A stretch of DNA of 64,000 bases from an uncultured Bacteroidia bacterium (GCA_938005475.1 CALLNY010000005.1:5684-69683), one strand, 5' to 3'; counted from the stretch's first letter, positions 9,481 through 19,321 are shown. Program-made: numbers and translations. Notes: a model not told the origin generated them from the sequence alone.

Positions 9481-11646
9481 TTATTCTATGATTTTCATTT
9501 CTTTAATGAGATGTGTTGCACCTGCAAATTTATCAATAATAAAAAGAACGTACCCAATATTATTGCTGATACATCTTTTGTATTGTTTATCAAAGACAAG
9601 GTCGCCAGTCATAGCTTCCCAATTGCCATCGTATGCTAATCCAATTATGTTACCATTTCCATCAATTACCGAAGAACCTGAATTTCCACCAGTTATATCA
9701 TTATCCGTAATAAACGAAACCATTAACTCACCATTTTTTCCATATCTACCAAAATCTTTCTTTTTAATAAGGTCAATAAGTTTTTGAGGGACATCAAACT
9801 CTTCGTCACCAGGTTTGTATTTTTCTAATATACCTTTTGTAGTAGTATAGTAGTAATATTTTGCGCCGTCATAAGGTTCATAATCAATAACTTTTCCGTA
9901 GGTGATACGTGGAGTCATATTAGCATCAGGATAAAAAAGTTTATTAGGATACATCTTCCTTAATCCTTCAATATATTTACCACGATTCGTTGATACTGTA
10001 GAATTATAAGCCACAGCTTTGCTCATTAAATTTTGTTGATAATGTTCAAAAAACTTAATCACTAAATTTGCAATAGGATCTCTTTCAATATCTTCTACGG
10101 TTGGATTTTGTATGAAATTACTTAATTTTTTAGGTTCTACTAAAAAAGACTCTTGAAAAGCAAACATAGAGAAAACTGCAAAACTATCTAATTCTCGCGG
10201 TATACCAGATTCTAAATCTCCTGAAAAGTTACCATCAATGATAGATTGAAGGATAGAAGGATGTAAATTTTTATCCACATTTTGGTAAAAAAGCCATAAC
10301 ATTTCTGTTAATATTTTTTTATCAGTTTCAGCATCATAATCTTTAAAGTGGGATTCTGCTTTACTTTTAAGTTCATTGATAAAAGGTTGAATAGCCTCGT
10401 TGTCATTGGGTTTAGCTTTCATCGTTTGATACATTCTTGCTACCGTAAGCCCTAATGAATTCGCACCTACGCCTAAAATGCCTACATTAAAATACAGAAT
10501 TGCCTTCACATGTTTTTTATATTCTTCAACGGCTTTATCAATATTGCTAATCGCATCAGCATACTGTTTACGCGTCGCATCGGCACTTGCCCATTCTAAA
10601 AATTTCTCTTCCTCAGATTTTTTGTAAGCCACTAAATCTAAACGCTTTAATCCTTCATTCTGACCTAAATAATACTTCCAACTATTACTCAAAGAAGCGT
10701 ATTTATCCGCAAGTTTAATACGAACTTCAGGATTTTTATCCATTTCTTTTTTCATGGTTTCAAGACGTTTTCCCATAATTTGGACGAGCGTTGGATTGGA
10801 GTAGTCCATAGCTAATTGAATTTGAGAGGCAGTTTGATAACGTTCCGTTCTACCAGGAAAACCAAAAACCATAGTGAAATCATTGGGTTTAATTCCTTTT
10901 AGATTGATTGGCAAGAAATGCCTTGGCTTATAAGGGACATTTTTTTCGGAGTATTCAGCAGGTTTATTATCGGGAGAAGCATAAACACGGAATAGTGAGA
11001 AGTCACCTGTATGTCTTGGCCAGACCCAGTTATCGGTATCTCCCCCAAATTTACCAATTGCGGAAGGTGGTGCCCCAACCAATCTTACATCTTTAAATAC
11101 CTCATAAACAAATAAATAATATTCACCACCATTAAACATATCCTTTACCTGAGCCATGTACTTTCCATTCTCAGCAGCAGTTTTTTCTATTTCTTTTATG
11201 ATGTCTTGTTTTTTATCTCCTGCATTTTTCACTTTTTCCGTTACATCTTCCATTCTGAATAATATAGAAGCCGTAATTTCTGGGCAATACTTCTCTTCAC
11301 TTTTTTTCATTGCCCAAAACCCATTCGTCAAGTAATCATTCTGTACAGTACTATGATACTGAATGCTACTGTAAGCACAGTGATGATTTGTAAGCATTAA
11401 ACCTTCATTAGAAATAAATGTAGCCGTACAAAACTGTAACCATACAATAGCATCTTTTAAACTGGATTTATTTACACTGTAAATATCTTCTGGCGTGAGC
11501 TTAAGTCCCATTTTTTTCATTTCTTGGTAATTTTTACCAATCAACAAGGGAAGCCACATGCCCTCGTCGGGGGGAGTATCCGCTTTACTTGTACTTACAA
11601 GAAAAGAAAAAACTAATAAAAACCTAAAAACATGATGCTTTTTCAT
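9481..11646 (-). CDS. S46 family dipeptidyl peptidase (DPP7-like)
   Basis: DEGMWLP, TNHHC, DNWVWPRHTGDFS, catalytic TGGNSGS. YDGNWEAM has Gly at the S1 position (DPP7-type; DPP11 has Arg). Confidence 0.93.
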   Translation of the reverse strand: MKKHHVFRFLLVFSFLVSTSKADTPPDEGMWLPLLIGKNYQEMKKMGLKLTPEDIYSVNKSSLKDAIVWLQFCTATFISNEGLMLTNHHCAYSSIQYHSTVQNDYLTNGFWAMKKSEEKYCPEITASILFRMEDVTEKVKNAGDKKQDIIKEIEKTAAENGKYMAQVKDMFNGGEYYLFVYEVFKDVRLVGAPPSAIGKFGGDTDNWVWPRHTGDFSLFRVYASPDNKPAEYSEKNVPYKPRHFLPINLKGIKPNDFTMVFGFPGRTERYQTASQIQLAMDYSNPTLVQIMGKRLETMKKEMDKNPEVRIKLADKYASLSNSWKYYLGQNEGLKRLDLVAYKKSEEEKFLEWASADATRKQYADAISNIDKAVEEYKKHVKAILYFNVGILGVGANSLGLTVARMYQTMKAKPNDNEAIQPFINELKSKAESHFKDYDAETDKKILTEMLWLFYQNVDKNLHPSILQSIIDGNFSGDLESGIPRELDSFAVFSMFAFQESFLVEPKKLSNFIQNPTVEDIERDPIANLVIKFFEHYQQNLMSKAVAYNSTVSTNRGKYIEGLRKMYPNKLFYPDANMTPRITYGKVIDYEPYDGAKYYYYTTTKGILEKYKPGDEEFDVPQKLIDLIKKKDFGRYGKNGELMVSFITDNDITGGNSGSSVIDGNGNIIGLAYDGNWEAMTGDLVFDKQYKRCISNNIGYVLFIIDKFAGATHLIKEMKIIE

Positions 11647-11664
11647 TGATACTAATATTTCTTG

Positions 11665-11672
11665 CAAAGATA
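11665..11672 (-). promoter_or_regulatory. Bacteroidota -7 promoter element
   Basis: TATCTTTG on the minus strand. It overlaps the ORF-track start and so supports the 11646 start. Confidence 0.7.
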
Positions 11673-11713
11673 TAGTAAGAAAGAATAAAGAGAAAATGTT
11701 TTATCCAAACTGT

Positions 11714-12364
11714 TTAACTAATTTTTCCTTTTTCAATACGCAGGGTCCTATGAGCTAAATCAGGTAATTTTAAATTATGAGTGGCTATGAAAAATGCTAT
11801 ATGAAATTCTTGATTTAGCTCTAAAAATAAATGAAATAGTTCCTCCGTATGATATGAGTCTAAATTACCGGTTGGTTCATCGGCTAAAATAAGTTGTGGT
11901 TTATTGATTAACGCCCTTGCAACTGCCACTCTTTGTTGTTCCCCACCTGATAACTGTGATGGTAAGTGATGTAGTCTTTCTTTTAATCCAACTCGAACCA
12001 AAATTTTTTCTGCTTCTTCCAGTGCTTGTTTGGGTGATAATCCTTTTACCATAGCAGGAATTGCAACATTTTCTACGGCCTGAAACTCTTCTAATAAGTG
12101 ATGAAACTGAAACACAAAACCAATATTTTCATTACGAAATTTGGATTTCTGATTCTCGTTCCAACGATTTACTGGTTGACCATTGAAAAAAATAGTTCCC
12201 GCATCAGGTTCATCTAATGTCCCTAAAATATGTAACAAAGTACTTTTTCCTGCACCTGAAAAACCCAGTAAACATGCTAACTCGCCTTGTTTTATCTCCA
12301 AACTAACTCCTTGTAATACAACTAATTCTCCGTATTTTTTTACAAGATTCTCTGCTTTTAACAT
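11714..12364 (-). CDS. lolD: ABC transporter ATP-binding protein, LolD-like
   Basis: GFSGAGKS Walker A, GFVFQFHHLL, LSGGEQQRVA, LADEPTGNLD. Alternative start at 12385. Confidence 0.85.
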   Translation of the reverse strand: MLKAENLVKKYGELVVLQGVSLEIKQGELACLLGFSGAGKSTLLHILGTLDEPDAGTIFFNGQPVNRWNENQKSKFRNENIGFVFQFHHLLEEFQAVENVAIPAMVKGLSPKQALEEAEKILVRVGLKERLHHLPSQLSGGEQQRVAVARALINKPQLILADEPTGNLDSYHTEELFHLFLELNQEFHIAFFIATHNLKLPDLAHRTLRIEKGKIS

Positions 12365-12390
12365 GTTTAGCAAAAGTACATACAATTTTT

Positions 12391-13482
12391 TTACAACAAG
12401 CTATAAATCCCTAACCCTAAAATATTACTAATAGCAAAGCCTGCAAGCCCTGCTGTAATACCAGGTAAAAGCAAATCATCATTTTTAAAATGTTTGACAA
12501 ACATTGGTATGAAAGCAGGACTCATTACACAAGCAACAGCACAAATCATCATTACCTCAGGGTTAATCCTAAAAATTCTACTCAACAAAACCTGGAGTCC
12601 AAAACTCAAAAAAACTATTAAAAATGAAGCTACAAAAAGCATATCCAGGTGCTGAAAAATTTGGGTTATCTCTAAAATTAAGCCTGTTGAAAAACAAAAT
12701 ACCGTAATTAAGAAATTAGCATAGTTTTCATTTTGCGATAAATTTCTAATGTAGGGTTGCGTAGAGCCTACAATCCCAAGAATAGTAATCATAAGCATAA
12801 AAAAAGGAATTTTTAAATCTCCAAAAAATATAAAACTCGTACCTACGGAAAAAAGTGTAACGAAAATAGTTAATAAAAGCGGTAAAAGCTTTTGAAAGAG
12901 AGTTTCTCGTTTGTGATAAGGAGCACTAATTGAAGATTGAAAACGAATAAAAGGGTAGGGTAAAATTTTTTGTAGCAAGGGTTGTATAAACAACATAAAA
13001 AGTATAAATAAGCTACTTGCCATAAGGTCAACCGTGTTAGCGATAGCAATAACCTCAAAAGGAACCTTTAAACTTAATCCTATAGCATTTAAATTAGGGG
13101 TTCCTCCAATAAATACTCCCACTAACATGGCTACTATTTTTTTTTCAATCTCATCATAAATCAAATATTTTCCTACTATATATCCTACTAAACAAATACA
13201 AAAACAAGCTATACAAAAACTTTTGACAGTCAATGGAGCTTGTTTAAGCCACTGCACAAAATCTGCTTTAAAAATGAGTAAAGGCATAGCCAAAGGAATA
13301 CTTAAATAAATCATACCTTGAATCACTTCTCTTGAAAAGAAATCAAAGGTTGCTAATTTTAAGAGTATTCCGATACAATAGGCTAGCAGAATATAATCTA
13401 ATTTTATTTTAGCATAAGTATAATCACGGTAGTAATATATTACAAATGGTATGAGTAAACACACCAGTAAAGTTATTATCAT
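12391..13482 (-). CDS. DUF819 family multi-pass membrane protein
   Basis: About 10 hydrophobic segments, GVFIGGTPNL motif, C-terminal GITAGLAGFAISNILG. Confidence 0.7.
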   Translation of the reverse strand: MIITLLVCLLIPFVIYYYRDYTYAKIKLDYILLAYCIGILLKLATFDFFSREVIQGMIYLSIPLAMPLLIFKADFVQWLKQAPLTVKSFCIACFCICLVGYIVGKYLIYDEIEKKIVAMLVGVFIGGTPNLNAIGLSLKVPFEVIAIANTVDLMASSLFILFMLFIQPLLQKILPYPFIRFQSSISAPYHKRETLFQKLLPLLLTIFVTLFSVGTSFIFFGDLKIPFFMLMITILGIVGSTQPYIRNLSQNENYANFLITVFCFSTGLILEITQIFQHLDMLFVASFLIVFLSFGLQVLLSRIFRINPEVMMICAVACVMSPAFIPMFVKHFKNDDLLLPGITAGLAGFAISNILGLGIYSLL

Positions 13483-13511
13483 AAATGCTGGCAGGCTATT
13501 GAAATTAGTTA

Positions 13512-14381
13512 TTAAGCCTTTTTATTTTTTTCTCGAATGGAATTAAAGATTTGTTTGATTTGGTCTTGGGAGAACATTTGAGCAAAGAAATTAAACTGTC
13601 CGTTTTGTAGGTGTTCGCCGCCATCAATGGTAATACATTCACCGTTAAGGTATCGCGCTAAATCAGACATCATGAATACTGCTAAATTAGTTAATTCTTC
13701 ATGCTCACCATAGCGTTTCATAGGAATGCGTTGAATATAAAATTTTTCTACTTCTTTGGAAGGCATTAGTCTATCCCAGGCTCCTTTGGTAGGAAAAGGA
13801 CCAGGAGCAATAGCGTTACAACGGATACCGTAGTTTGCCCACTCAAAAGCTAATGTCATTGTCATTGCATAAACACCTGCTTTCGCACATGCACTCGGTA
13901 ACACAAATGCACAGCCTGAATGCGTGTAAGTAGTTACTATATTTAAAATATCAGACTGAGGTATCTTATTTTCAATGATATATTTACCAAAAGCATGAGA
14001 GCAATTAAAAGAACCTTGTAAAACAATATCAGTAACGGCTTTAAAACCGTTCGGAGTCAAATCTTCTGACGTCGCTAAAAAATTTCCAGCCGCATTATTC
14101 ACTAATCCATTTAAACCTCCAAGCTCTTGTACGCAGTATTGAACCGTAGTTTTTACTTGTTCATAATCTCGTACATCACAAACATGGTAAATTACTTTGG
14201 AATTATCGGTTTTTGCTATAAGAATTTCATTTAATGCATTTTTTAATTTCTCTTCATCTCTACCACAAATAGCAACATCAGCACTATGAGCGGCGAAAGC
14301 TTTTGCCATCGATAAACCCAATCCACTACCGCCTCCTGTTATGAGTATTTTTTTCCCTTTTAATATCTCTTTTATAAACAT
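13512..14381 (-). CDS. SDR, 2,4-dienoyl-CoA reductase-like
   Basis: TGGGSGLG, NNAAGNF, SACAKAGV (no catalytic Tyr, typical of DECR), IAPGPFPTKGAW. Confidence 0.85.
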   Translation of the reverse strand: MFIKEILKGKKILITGGGSGLGLSMAKAFAAHSADVAICGRDEEKLKNALNEILIAKTDNSKVIYHVCDVRDYEQVKTTVQYCVQELGGLNGLVNNAAGNFLATSEDLTPNGFKAVTDIVLQGSFNCSHAFGKYIIENKIPQSDILNIVTTYTHSGCAFVLPSACAKAGVYAMTMTLAFEWANYGIRCNAIAPGPFPTKGAWDRLMPSKEVEKFYIQRIPMKRYGEHEELTNLAVFMMSDLARYLNGECITIDGGEHLQNGQFNFFAQMFSQDQIKQIFNSIREKNKKA

Positions 14382-14722
14382 ACTAAAAATTTTTCGCAAG
14401 TTAGGAATTTTTTTTATTCATTTTTTATATAACTTGTAATTTCTGATATGCAACCTTATAAACAGAGGGTCTAGTAAAAAAAAACATCTTTAGATTATTT
14501 GGTGATTACCATCATCAAATAATATTGTGGATGTTCTGAAATATATAACCTTAATCTTTCCTTTTAAAGCTAAAAAGCAAGAATCAGAGAAATGTTTACA
14601 ATATTTTGAGGTCTTCCCAAAAGGAAAGAAAATACAACTGTTTATAATAATAAAGGATGCAAATAATAAAATTATCTGGATTAAAGTCCAAAAGGCATTG
14701 TTTCGCAGTGCGTTAGTTTGTT

Positions 14723-14941
14723 TTAATCACTTTTCTTTTTAGATTCTTTTTTTACTGACTGTTCTTCATTTTTCATGTTTTGAACTTCTTTTCGAATTTC
14801 TGTTGCTAAATTTTTCAACTCTTGCATAGCTTTGCGTACTCTAGTACCAGCCGCTTTGTTGTTTTTCTCATAAAACTTTCCAAAATCTTCTTCTACACGG
14901 TCAATAATCTCTTTGATTTGTTGAAAACGATTCATACTCAT
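14723..14941 (-). CDS. Histone H1-like (Hc1 family) small basic protein
   Basis: EDFGKFYEKNNKAAGTRVRKAMQELK signature, Lys-rich tail. Confidence 0.85.
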   Translation of the reverse strand: MSMNRFQQIKEIIDRVEEDFGKFYEKNNKAAGTRVRKAMQELKNLATEIRKEVQNMKNEEQSVKKESKKKSD

Positions 14942-14957
14942 ATGTCCTTTTACGATG

Positions 14958-14988
14958 CAAACTTATAGAATATTTATAATTCCACAAA
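14958..14988 (-). promoter_or_regulatory. Full Bacteroidota promoter (-33 TTTG, 19-nt spacer, -7 TAAGTTTG)
   Basis: On the + strand, CAAACTTA at 14958-14965 and CAAA at 14985-14988, upstream of the Hc1 gene. Confidence 0.75.
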
Positions 14989-15001
14989 TTTTTTTTTAAA
15001 A

Positions 15002-15031
15002 AAATCAATAAAAATTTTTTGTTATTGATTT
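15002..15031 (-). terminator. Inverted repeat, likely terminator of the hisS-ymdB-folK operon
   Basis: AAATCAATAA / TTATTGATTT 10-bp perfect inverted repeat, with a T-run downstream on the minus strand. Confidence 0.6.
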
Positions 15032-15034
15032 GAT

Positions 15035-15526
15035 TTAAACGGTTAAAGCATTTGAAACTATTTTTAAATTTGTTTCTGTAAAAAAGTCATAATATAAATC
15101 CTTTATTTTCAAATTATTAGATAGAACCCAATCAGAATCTATATCAAACCAGGGTATTACTACAAAACTCCTTTCTTGAATGTAAGGGTGCGGAAGAATT
15201 AAATTATTACCGTTGAAAATCACATTTTCATAGTCTAACAAATCTAAATCAATAGTTCTGTTTTCCCATTTTTGAGTTCTTATTCTACCGAGTTGTTTTT
15301 CAATATGAAGTAGAGCATTAAGAAGTTCGCTAGGGCTTAGGTAGGTTGATATTTTCATAACACCATTATAAAAAGGGAATAGATTGGGATTTCCCCAAGG
15401 TTCAGTTTCGTAAATATTAGAGATATTTAGAATTGTTACTTTTTTTTCTAATGCTTTAATAGCACTTTTTAGATAATCTAAACGTGGTTCTATATTAGAA
15501 CCTAAACCAATGAAAGCAATAGGCAT
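15035..15526 (-). CDS. folK: 2-amino-4-hydroxy-6-hydroxymethyldihydropteridine diphosphokinase
   Basis: IGLGSNI, YETEPWG, IEKQLGR..WENRTIDLDLL, LPHP. Confidence 0.95.
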   Translation of the reverse strand: MPIAFIGLGSNIEPRLDYLKSAIKALEKKVTILNISNIYETEPWGNPNLFPFYNGVMKISTYLSPSELLNALLHIEKQLGRIRTQKWENRTIDLDLLDYENVIFNGNNLILPHPYIQERSFVVIPWFDIDSDWVLSNNLKIKDLYYDFFTETNLKIVSNALTV

Positions 15527-15532
15527 AAAATC

Positions 15533-16351
15533 TTAAAAATCTAAAATAGAAGTTTTAAATTTGGGAAATTGAATTCTTTTAATTGAAAAACAAAGTCCTG
15601 TATCTGTATCTAATTCAAAAATAGCACCTTGTAAACATAAATCTCCCTCAGCTAATTTGTATTTTTGGGGAGTTTGATATAAAAAACGTTGAATAGAGGT
15701 TTGGGTATCCATTCCGATTACAGAATGGTAAGGGCCACAAAACCCTACATCAGTGATATAACCTGTTCCATAAGGTAGAATTTGTTCATCAGCTGTTTGA
15801 ACATGCGTATGAGTGCCTCCAATAGCAGAAACTTTTCCATCTAAAAAACGCGCAAAAGACCATTTTTCTGCTGTTGCTTCCGAATGAAAATCAATGAAAA
15901 TAAGCGATGTTTGGTCTTTTATTTCCATTAGTAATTTCTCTGCCGCACGAAATGGGCAACTAATAGGATTACTAAAAAAAGTTAATCCCCTTAAATTGAT
16001 GACAGCTATTTGAAAAGGAGTATTTTTAATTTCATATATACCGTAACCGAAACCAGGTACTCCCTCAGGATAATTATAGGGTCTTAATAAGCGTTTTTCT
16101 TTTTCCATCAAAGGAAATATTAAATGTTTATCGAAAGAATGGTCTCCTCCTGTAATTACGTCAGCACCTGCATTAAGTAATTGATGAACAATAACATCGT
16201 TTATGCCTCTTCCTTGATGTGAATTCTCTGCATTGACTACACAAAATTGTATGTCCTCTTGTTTTTTGAGTTCTGGAATATGCTTGCAAACAAACTCTAC
16301 TGCTTCTTCTCCAACTATATCCCCCAACATTAAAATTCTAATATCCGCCAT
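15533..16351 (-). CDS. ymdB: TIGR00282 metallophosphoesterase (2',3'-cyclic nucleotide phosphodiesterase)
   Basis: LGDIVG, NAENS..GRG, DFHSEATAEK, GTHTHVQTADE, TDVGFCGP. Confidence 0.9.
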   Translation of the reverse strand: MADIRILMLGDIVGEEAVEFVCKHIPELKKQEDIQFCVVNAENSHQGRGINDVIVHQLLNAGADVITGGDHSFDKHLIFPLMEKEKRLLRPYNYPEGVPGFGYGIYEIKNTPFQIAVINLRGLTFFSNPISCPFRAAEKLLMEIKDQTSLIFIDFHSEATAEKWSFARFLDGKVSAIGGTHTHVQTADEQILPYGTGYITDVGFCGPYHSVIGMDTQTSIQRFLYQTPQKYKLAEGDLCLQGAIFELDTDTGLCFSIKRIQFPKFKTSILDF

Positions 16352-17723
16352 TTTTAATAAATTCCGCTATCTCAAATAAATCTAAATTCTTTTGATTACC
16401 TGTTACAAGGTGTTTTAAACTGTAAACTTCTTTTTGTATTTCCTCCTCTCCCACTATTAACACATAAGGAATTTGTTTCTTATCTGCTAATTGGATTTGT
16501 TTGCCTAGTTTATCATTTTTCGGAGAAATTTCTGTCCTAATATTTCGCTTTCTTAAAAAATTTGCTAATTCAAATACTTTTTTTAAGTGTTTATTATCAA
16601 AATAAGCAATGAATATCATCGGTATTTTTAAATCTAAATTTTGGAAAAGTTGCAATTCGTTCATAGCGTCATAGATGCGGTCTATTCCGAAAGAAATACC
16701 TGCACCGCTTAAACCTTCTTTACCAAATAAAGCTGTCAAGTTATCATATCTACCACCGCCTCCAATACTACCTACTTTCATATCCTGTAATTTCACCTCT
16801 AAGATACTCCCAGTATAATAGTTCAACCCTCTCGCCAAAGCTAAATCAAAAATCAAATATGTTTCTATAGCAGGATTGGTGCTACAAACAACTTCATATA
16901 TCCATTCTAATTCTTCTAAAGCTTTTAACCCTGACGGTAAATTACAAAATTCCTCTTTCAAAAAATTTATGGTCTCTTTAAAACCCTCCTGCAATTGAAA
17001 AATCTTTTGAATTTTTTGAATAACCTCTTCATGAAAGCCTTTTTGTTGTAACTCTTCGGTAACTCCCTTCCATTGAATTTTGTCTAATTTATCAATAACA
17101 ATACAAAAATCAGAAAATTTATCTGAAATATGCAGTAAATCTACCACAGCCTGAAGAACTTGTCTATGGTTGATATGAATAGTAAAACGCTGAAAACCTA
17201 AATTTTTTAGGGCTTCGTAATACATTTGAATAAATTCTACTTCATAAACTAACGAATCTGAACCAACAATATCCGCATCGCATTGCCAAAATTCACGATA
17301 ACGCCCTTTCTGAGGAGAGTCTCCACGCCATACCGGTTGTATTTGATATCGTTTAAAAGGAAGTACTATCTCATTTTGATGCATCACTACAAAACGAGCT
17401 AATGGCACTGTTAAATCATAACGTAATACCTTTTCGCATATTTGATATCCTAACTTATTATAATCTTTTTCTTTAAGTAGCTGTTCATCTACTCCTTTCA
17501 AAAAATTACCTGAATTTAATACTTTGAAAATCAGGCGGTCTCCCTCTTCACCATACTTGCCTATCAAAGTATTTAGCTTCTCAACAGCAGGAGTTTCTAT
17601 TGGAAGAAAACCATAATTCTCAAATACTTTTTTGATTGTTTGAAAAATATATTGCCTTTGTTGAACCTGATAAGGTAAAAAATCCCTCGTTCCTTGCGGA
17701 ATAGATGGTTTCTCTTTTGCCAT
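16338..17723 (-). CDS. hisS: Histidine--tRNA ligase
   Basis: GTRDF, LRYDLTVPLAR, WRGDSPQKGRYREFWQCDADI, LARGLNYYTG, GGGRYDNL. Confidence 0.97.
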   Translation of the reverse strand: MAKEKPSIPQGTRDFLPYQVQQRQYIFQTIKKVFENYGFLPIETPAVEKLNTLIGKYGEEGDRLIFKVLNSGNFLKGVDEQLLKEKDYNKLGYQICEKVLRYDLTVPLARFVVMHQNEIVLPFKRYQIQPVWRGDSPQKGRYREFWQCDADIVGSDSLVYEVEFIQMYYEALKNLGFQRFTIHINHRQVLQAVVDLLHISDKFSDFCIVIDKLDKIQWKGVTEELQQKGFHEEVIQKIQKIFQLQEGFKETINFLKEEFCNLPSGLKALEELEWIYEVVCSTNPAIETYLIFDLALARGLNYYTGSILEVKLQDMKVGSIGGGGRYDNLTALFGKEGLSGAGISFGIDRIYDAMNELQLFQNLDLKIPMIFIAYFDNKHLKKVFELANFLRKRNIRTEISPKNDKLGKQIQLADKKQIPYVLIVGEEEIQKEVYSLKHLVTGNQKNLDLFEIAEFIKNGGY

Positions 17724-17728
17724 AAACG

Positions 17729-17736
17729 CAAAATTA
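17729..17736 (-). promoter_or_regulatory. -7 promoter element 5 nt before the hisS ATG
   Basis: Minus strand reads TAATTTTG-CGTTT-ATG. Confidence 0.65.
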
Positions 17737-17854
17737 TAGAAAAACTAACTTATCTCTCAAAAAATTATTTATCTTAAATATAAATTAGAGCTATTAGCAT
17801 TTTTCTTCGCTTTTATTATTTAAAGTTTTTATTCTTCTACAACGATTTAATATG

Positions 17855-17862
17855 TAAATTTG
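17855..17862 (+). promoter_or_regulatory. -7 promoter element
   Basis: TAAATTTG upstream of the adenylation enzyme. Confidence 0.6.
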
Positions 17863-17881
17863 CAATTAAAAAACGACTTTC

Positions 17882-19321
17882 ATGAAGCATATACTACAAT
17901 ACATTCAAATCAGCACTCAACTATATCCCCAAAATACTGCTATTCAACAAAATGAAAAAACCTTGAACTATCAACAAGTATGGGAACAAGCATGCCGAAT
18001 TGCAGTGCTTTTGAACCAAGAAGTCAACCCTTGGATTGCTATTAAAGTTCATAAAACTATTGATTTGCTACCCGCTTTATTAAGCTGTTGGCTAGCAGGA
18101 AAGGGCTACGTGCCTATACATCCCTCTTATCCTACGGAAAGAGTTCAGTTTATCCTTCAAGATTGCCAAGCCAATGTTATAATAGACCCCCAAAATCAAA
18201 CTCTTATTAAAGATAATTTTCTTATTCACTGGGAAAATTTACCTCCCTACAACGATTACATACCAGAAAGTATCTTTTCATTTGATAATCCTGCCTATTT
18301 ATTATTTACTTCTGGTTCTACTGGTAAACCCAAAGGAGTTCCTATCTATCACTCCCAGTTAGCCACTTTCATTGATGCACTTTTTTTACATCAGCCCCTA
18401 AAATTTTCTTCTCAAGACCGCTTCTTACAAATGTTTGAATATACTTTTGATTTATCCGTATTTAGCACTTTTTTCCCTTTATGTTTGGGAGCTTCTACTC
18501 ATATACTACCTAATGATGGTATAGCCGCTTTTAATATTATACAAGTACTTGAAGAACAAAATATCACTATTGCTCTCATGGTACCCTCTGTATTAAACTA
18601 CCTCAAACCTTATTTTAATGAAATTTTTTTACCTCAATTACGCTATAACCTCTTTTGTGGAGAACCTTTAAAATGGAACATACTTAAAGAATGGAAAAAA
18701 TGTCTGCCTAACGCTTATTTAGAAAATGTTTATGGTCCTACTGAAGCCACTATTTTCGTTAGTTATTATCCTATAACAGACCTAACCGAACAAGAATGTT
18801 GGAACGATATTGTCCCTATTGGTAAAGCTTTACCTCATTCAAAACTTTATTTATTAGACGAAGAATTGATTATAGCAGGGGGACAAGTAACAAATGGCTA
18901 TTGGAATTGCCTAGATAAATCAAAAGAAGTATTTTTTCAAAAAGATGGTGTCAATCACTATAAAACAGGTGATATATGCAAACTGAATGAAAATCAAAAT
19001 TTTGTTTACATTGAAAGGAAGGATTTTCAAGTAAAAATTGATGGGCATCGTGTAGAATTATCAGAAATTGAAAAAGTAGCCTATAATTTTTTACAGGAAG
19101 AATGCGTTGCTTTAGCAGTACAGAACGCACAAAATACCTATAGTTTGTTTCTTTTTGTAAGATTAGGTACCAATATTTCAGAACTTCAAAAGTATTTAGA
19201 GCAATATTTACCGCCCTATATGCTACCTAAACATATTTATGAACTATCAACATTTCCTACCAATTTAAGTGGTAAATTAGATAGAAAACAATTGATGGAA
19301 ATCGCTAAAAGTTATGTATAA
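17882..19321 (+). CDS. Stand-alone amino-acid adenylation enzyme, DltA-like
   Basis: A3 YLLFTSGSTGKPKG, FDLSV, FCGE, YGPTEAT, YKTGD, A10 NLSGKLDR. No fused carrier domain. Confidence 0.85.
   Translation: MKHILQYIQISTQLYPQNTAIQQNEKTLNYQQVWEQACRIAVLLNQEVNPWIAIKVHKTIDLLPALLSCWLAGKGYVPIHPSYPTERVQFILQDCQANVIIDPQNQTLIKDNFLIHWENLPPYNDYIPESIFSFDNPAYLLFTSGSTGKPKGVPIYHSQLATFIDALFLHQPLKFSSQDRFLQMFEYTFDLSVFSTFFPLCLGASTHILPNDGIAAFNIIQVLEEQNITIALMVPSVLNYLKPYFNEIFLPQLRYNLFCGEPLKWNILKEWKKCLPNAYLENVYGPTEATIFVSYYPITDLTEQECWNDIVPIGKALPHSKLYLLDEELIIAGGQVTNGYWNCLDKSKEVFFQKDGVNHYKTGDICKLNENQNFVYIERKDFQVKIDGHRVELSEIEKVAYNFLQEECVALAVQNAQNTYSLFLFVRLGTNISELQKYLEQYLPPYMLPKHIYELSTFPTNLSGKLDRKQLMEIAKSYV

Noticed and set aside
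10271-10279. Perfect DnaA box TTATCCACA inside the S46 peptidase gene
   Set aside because: Isolated, inside a coding region (encodes NVDK), and expected by chance in AT-rich DNA.
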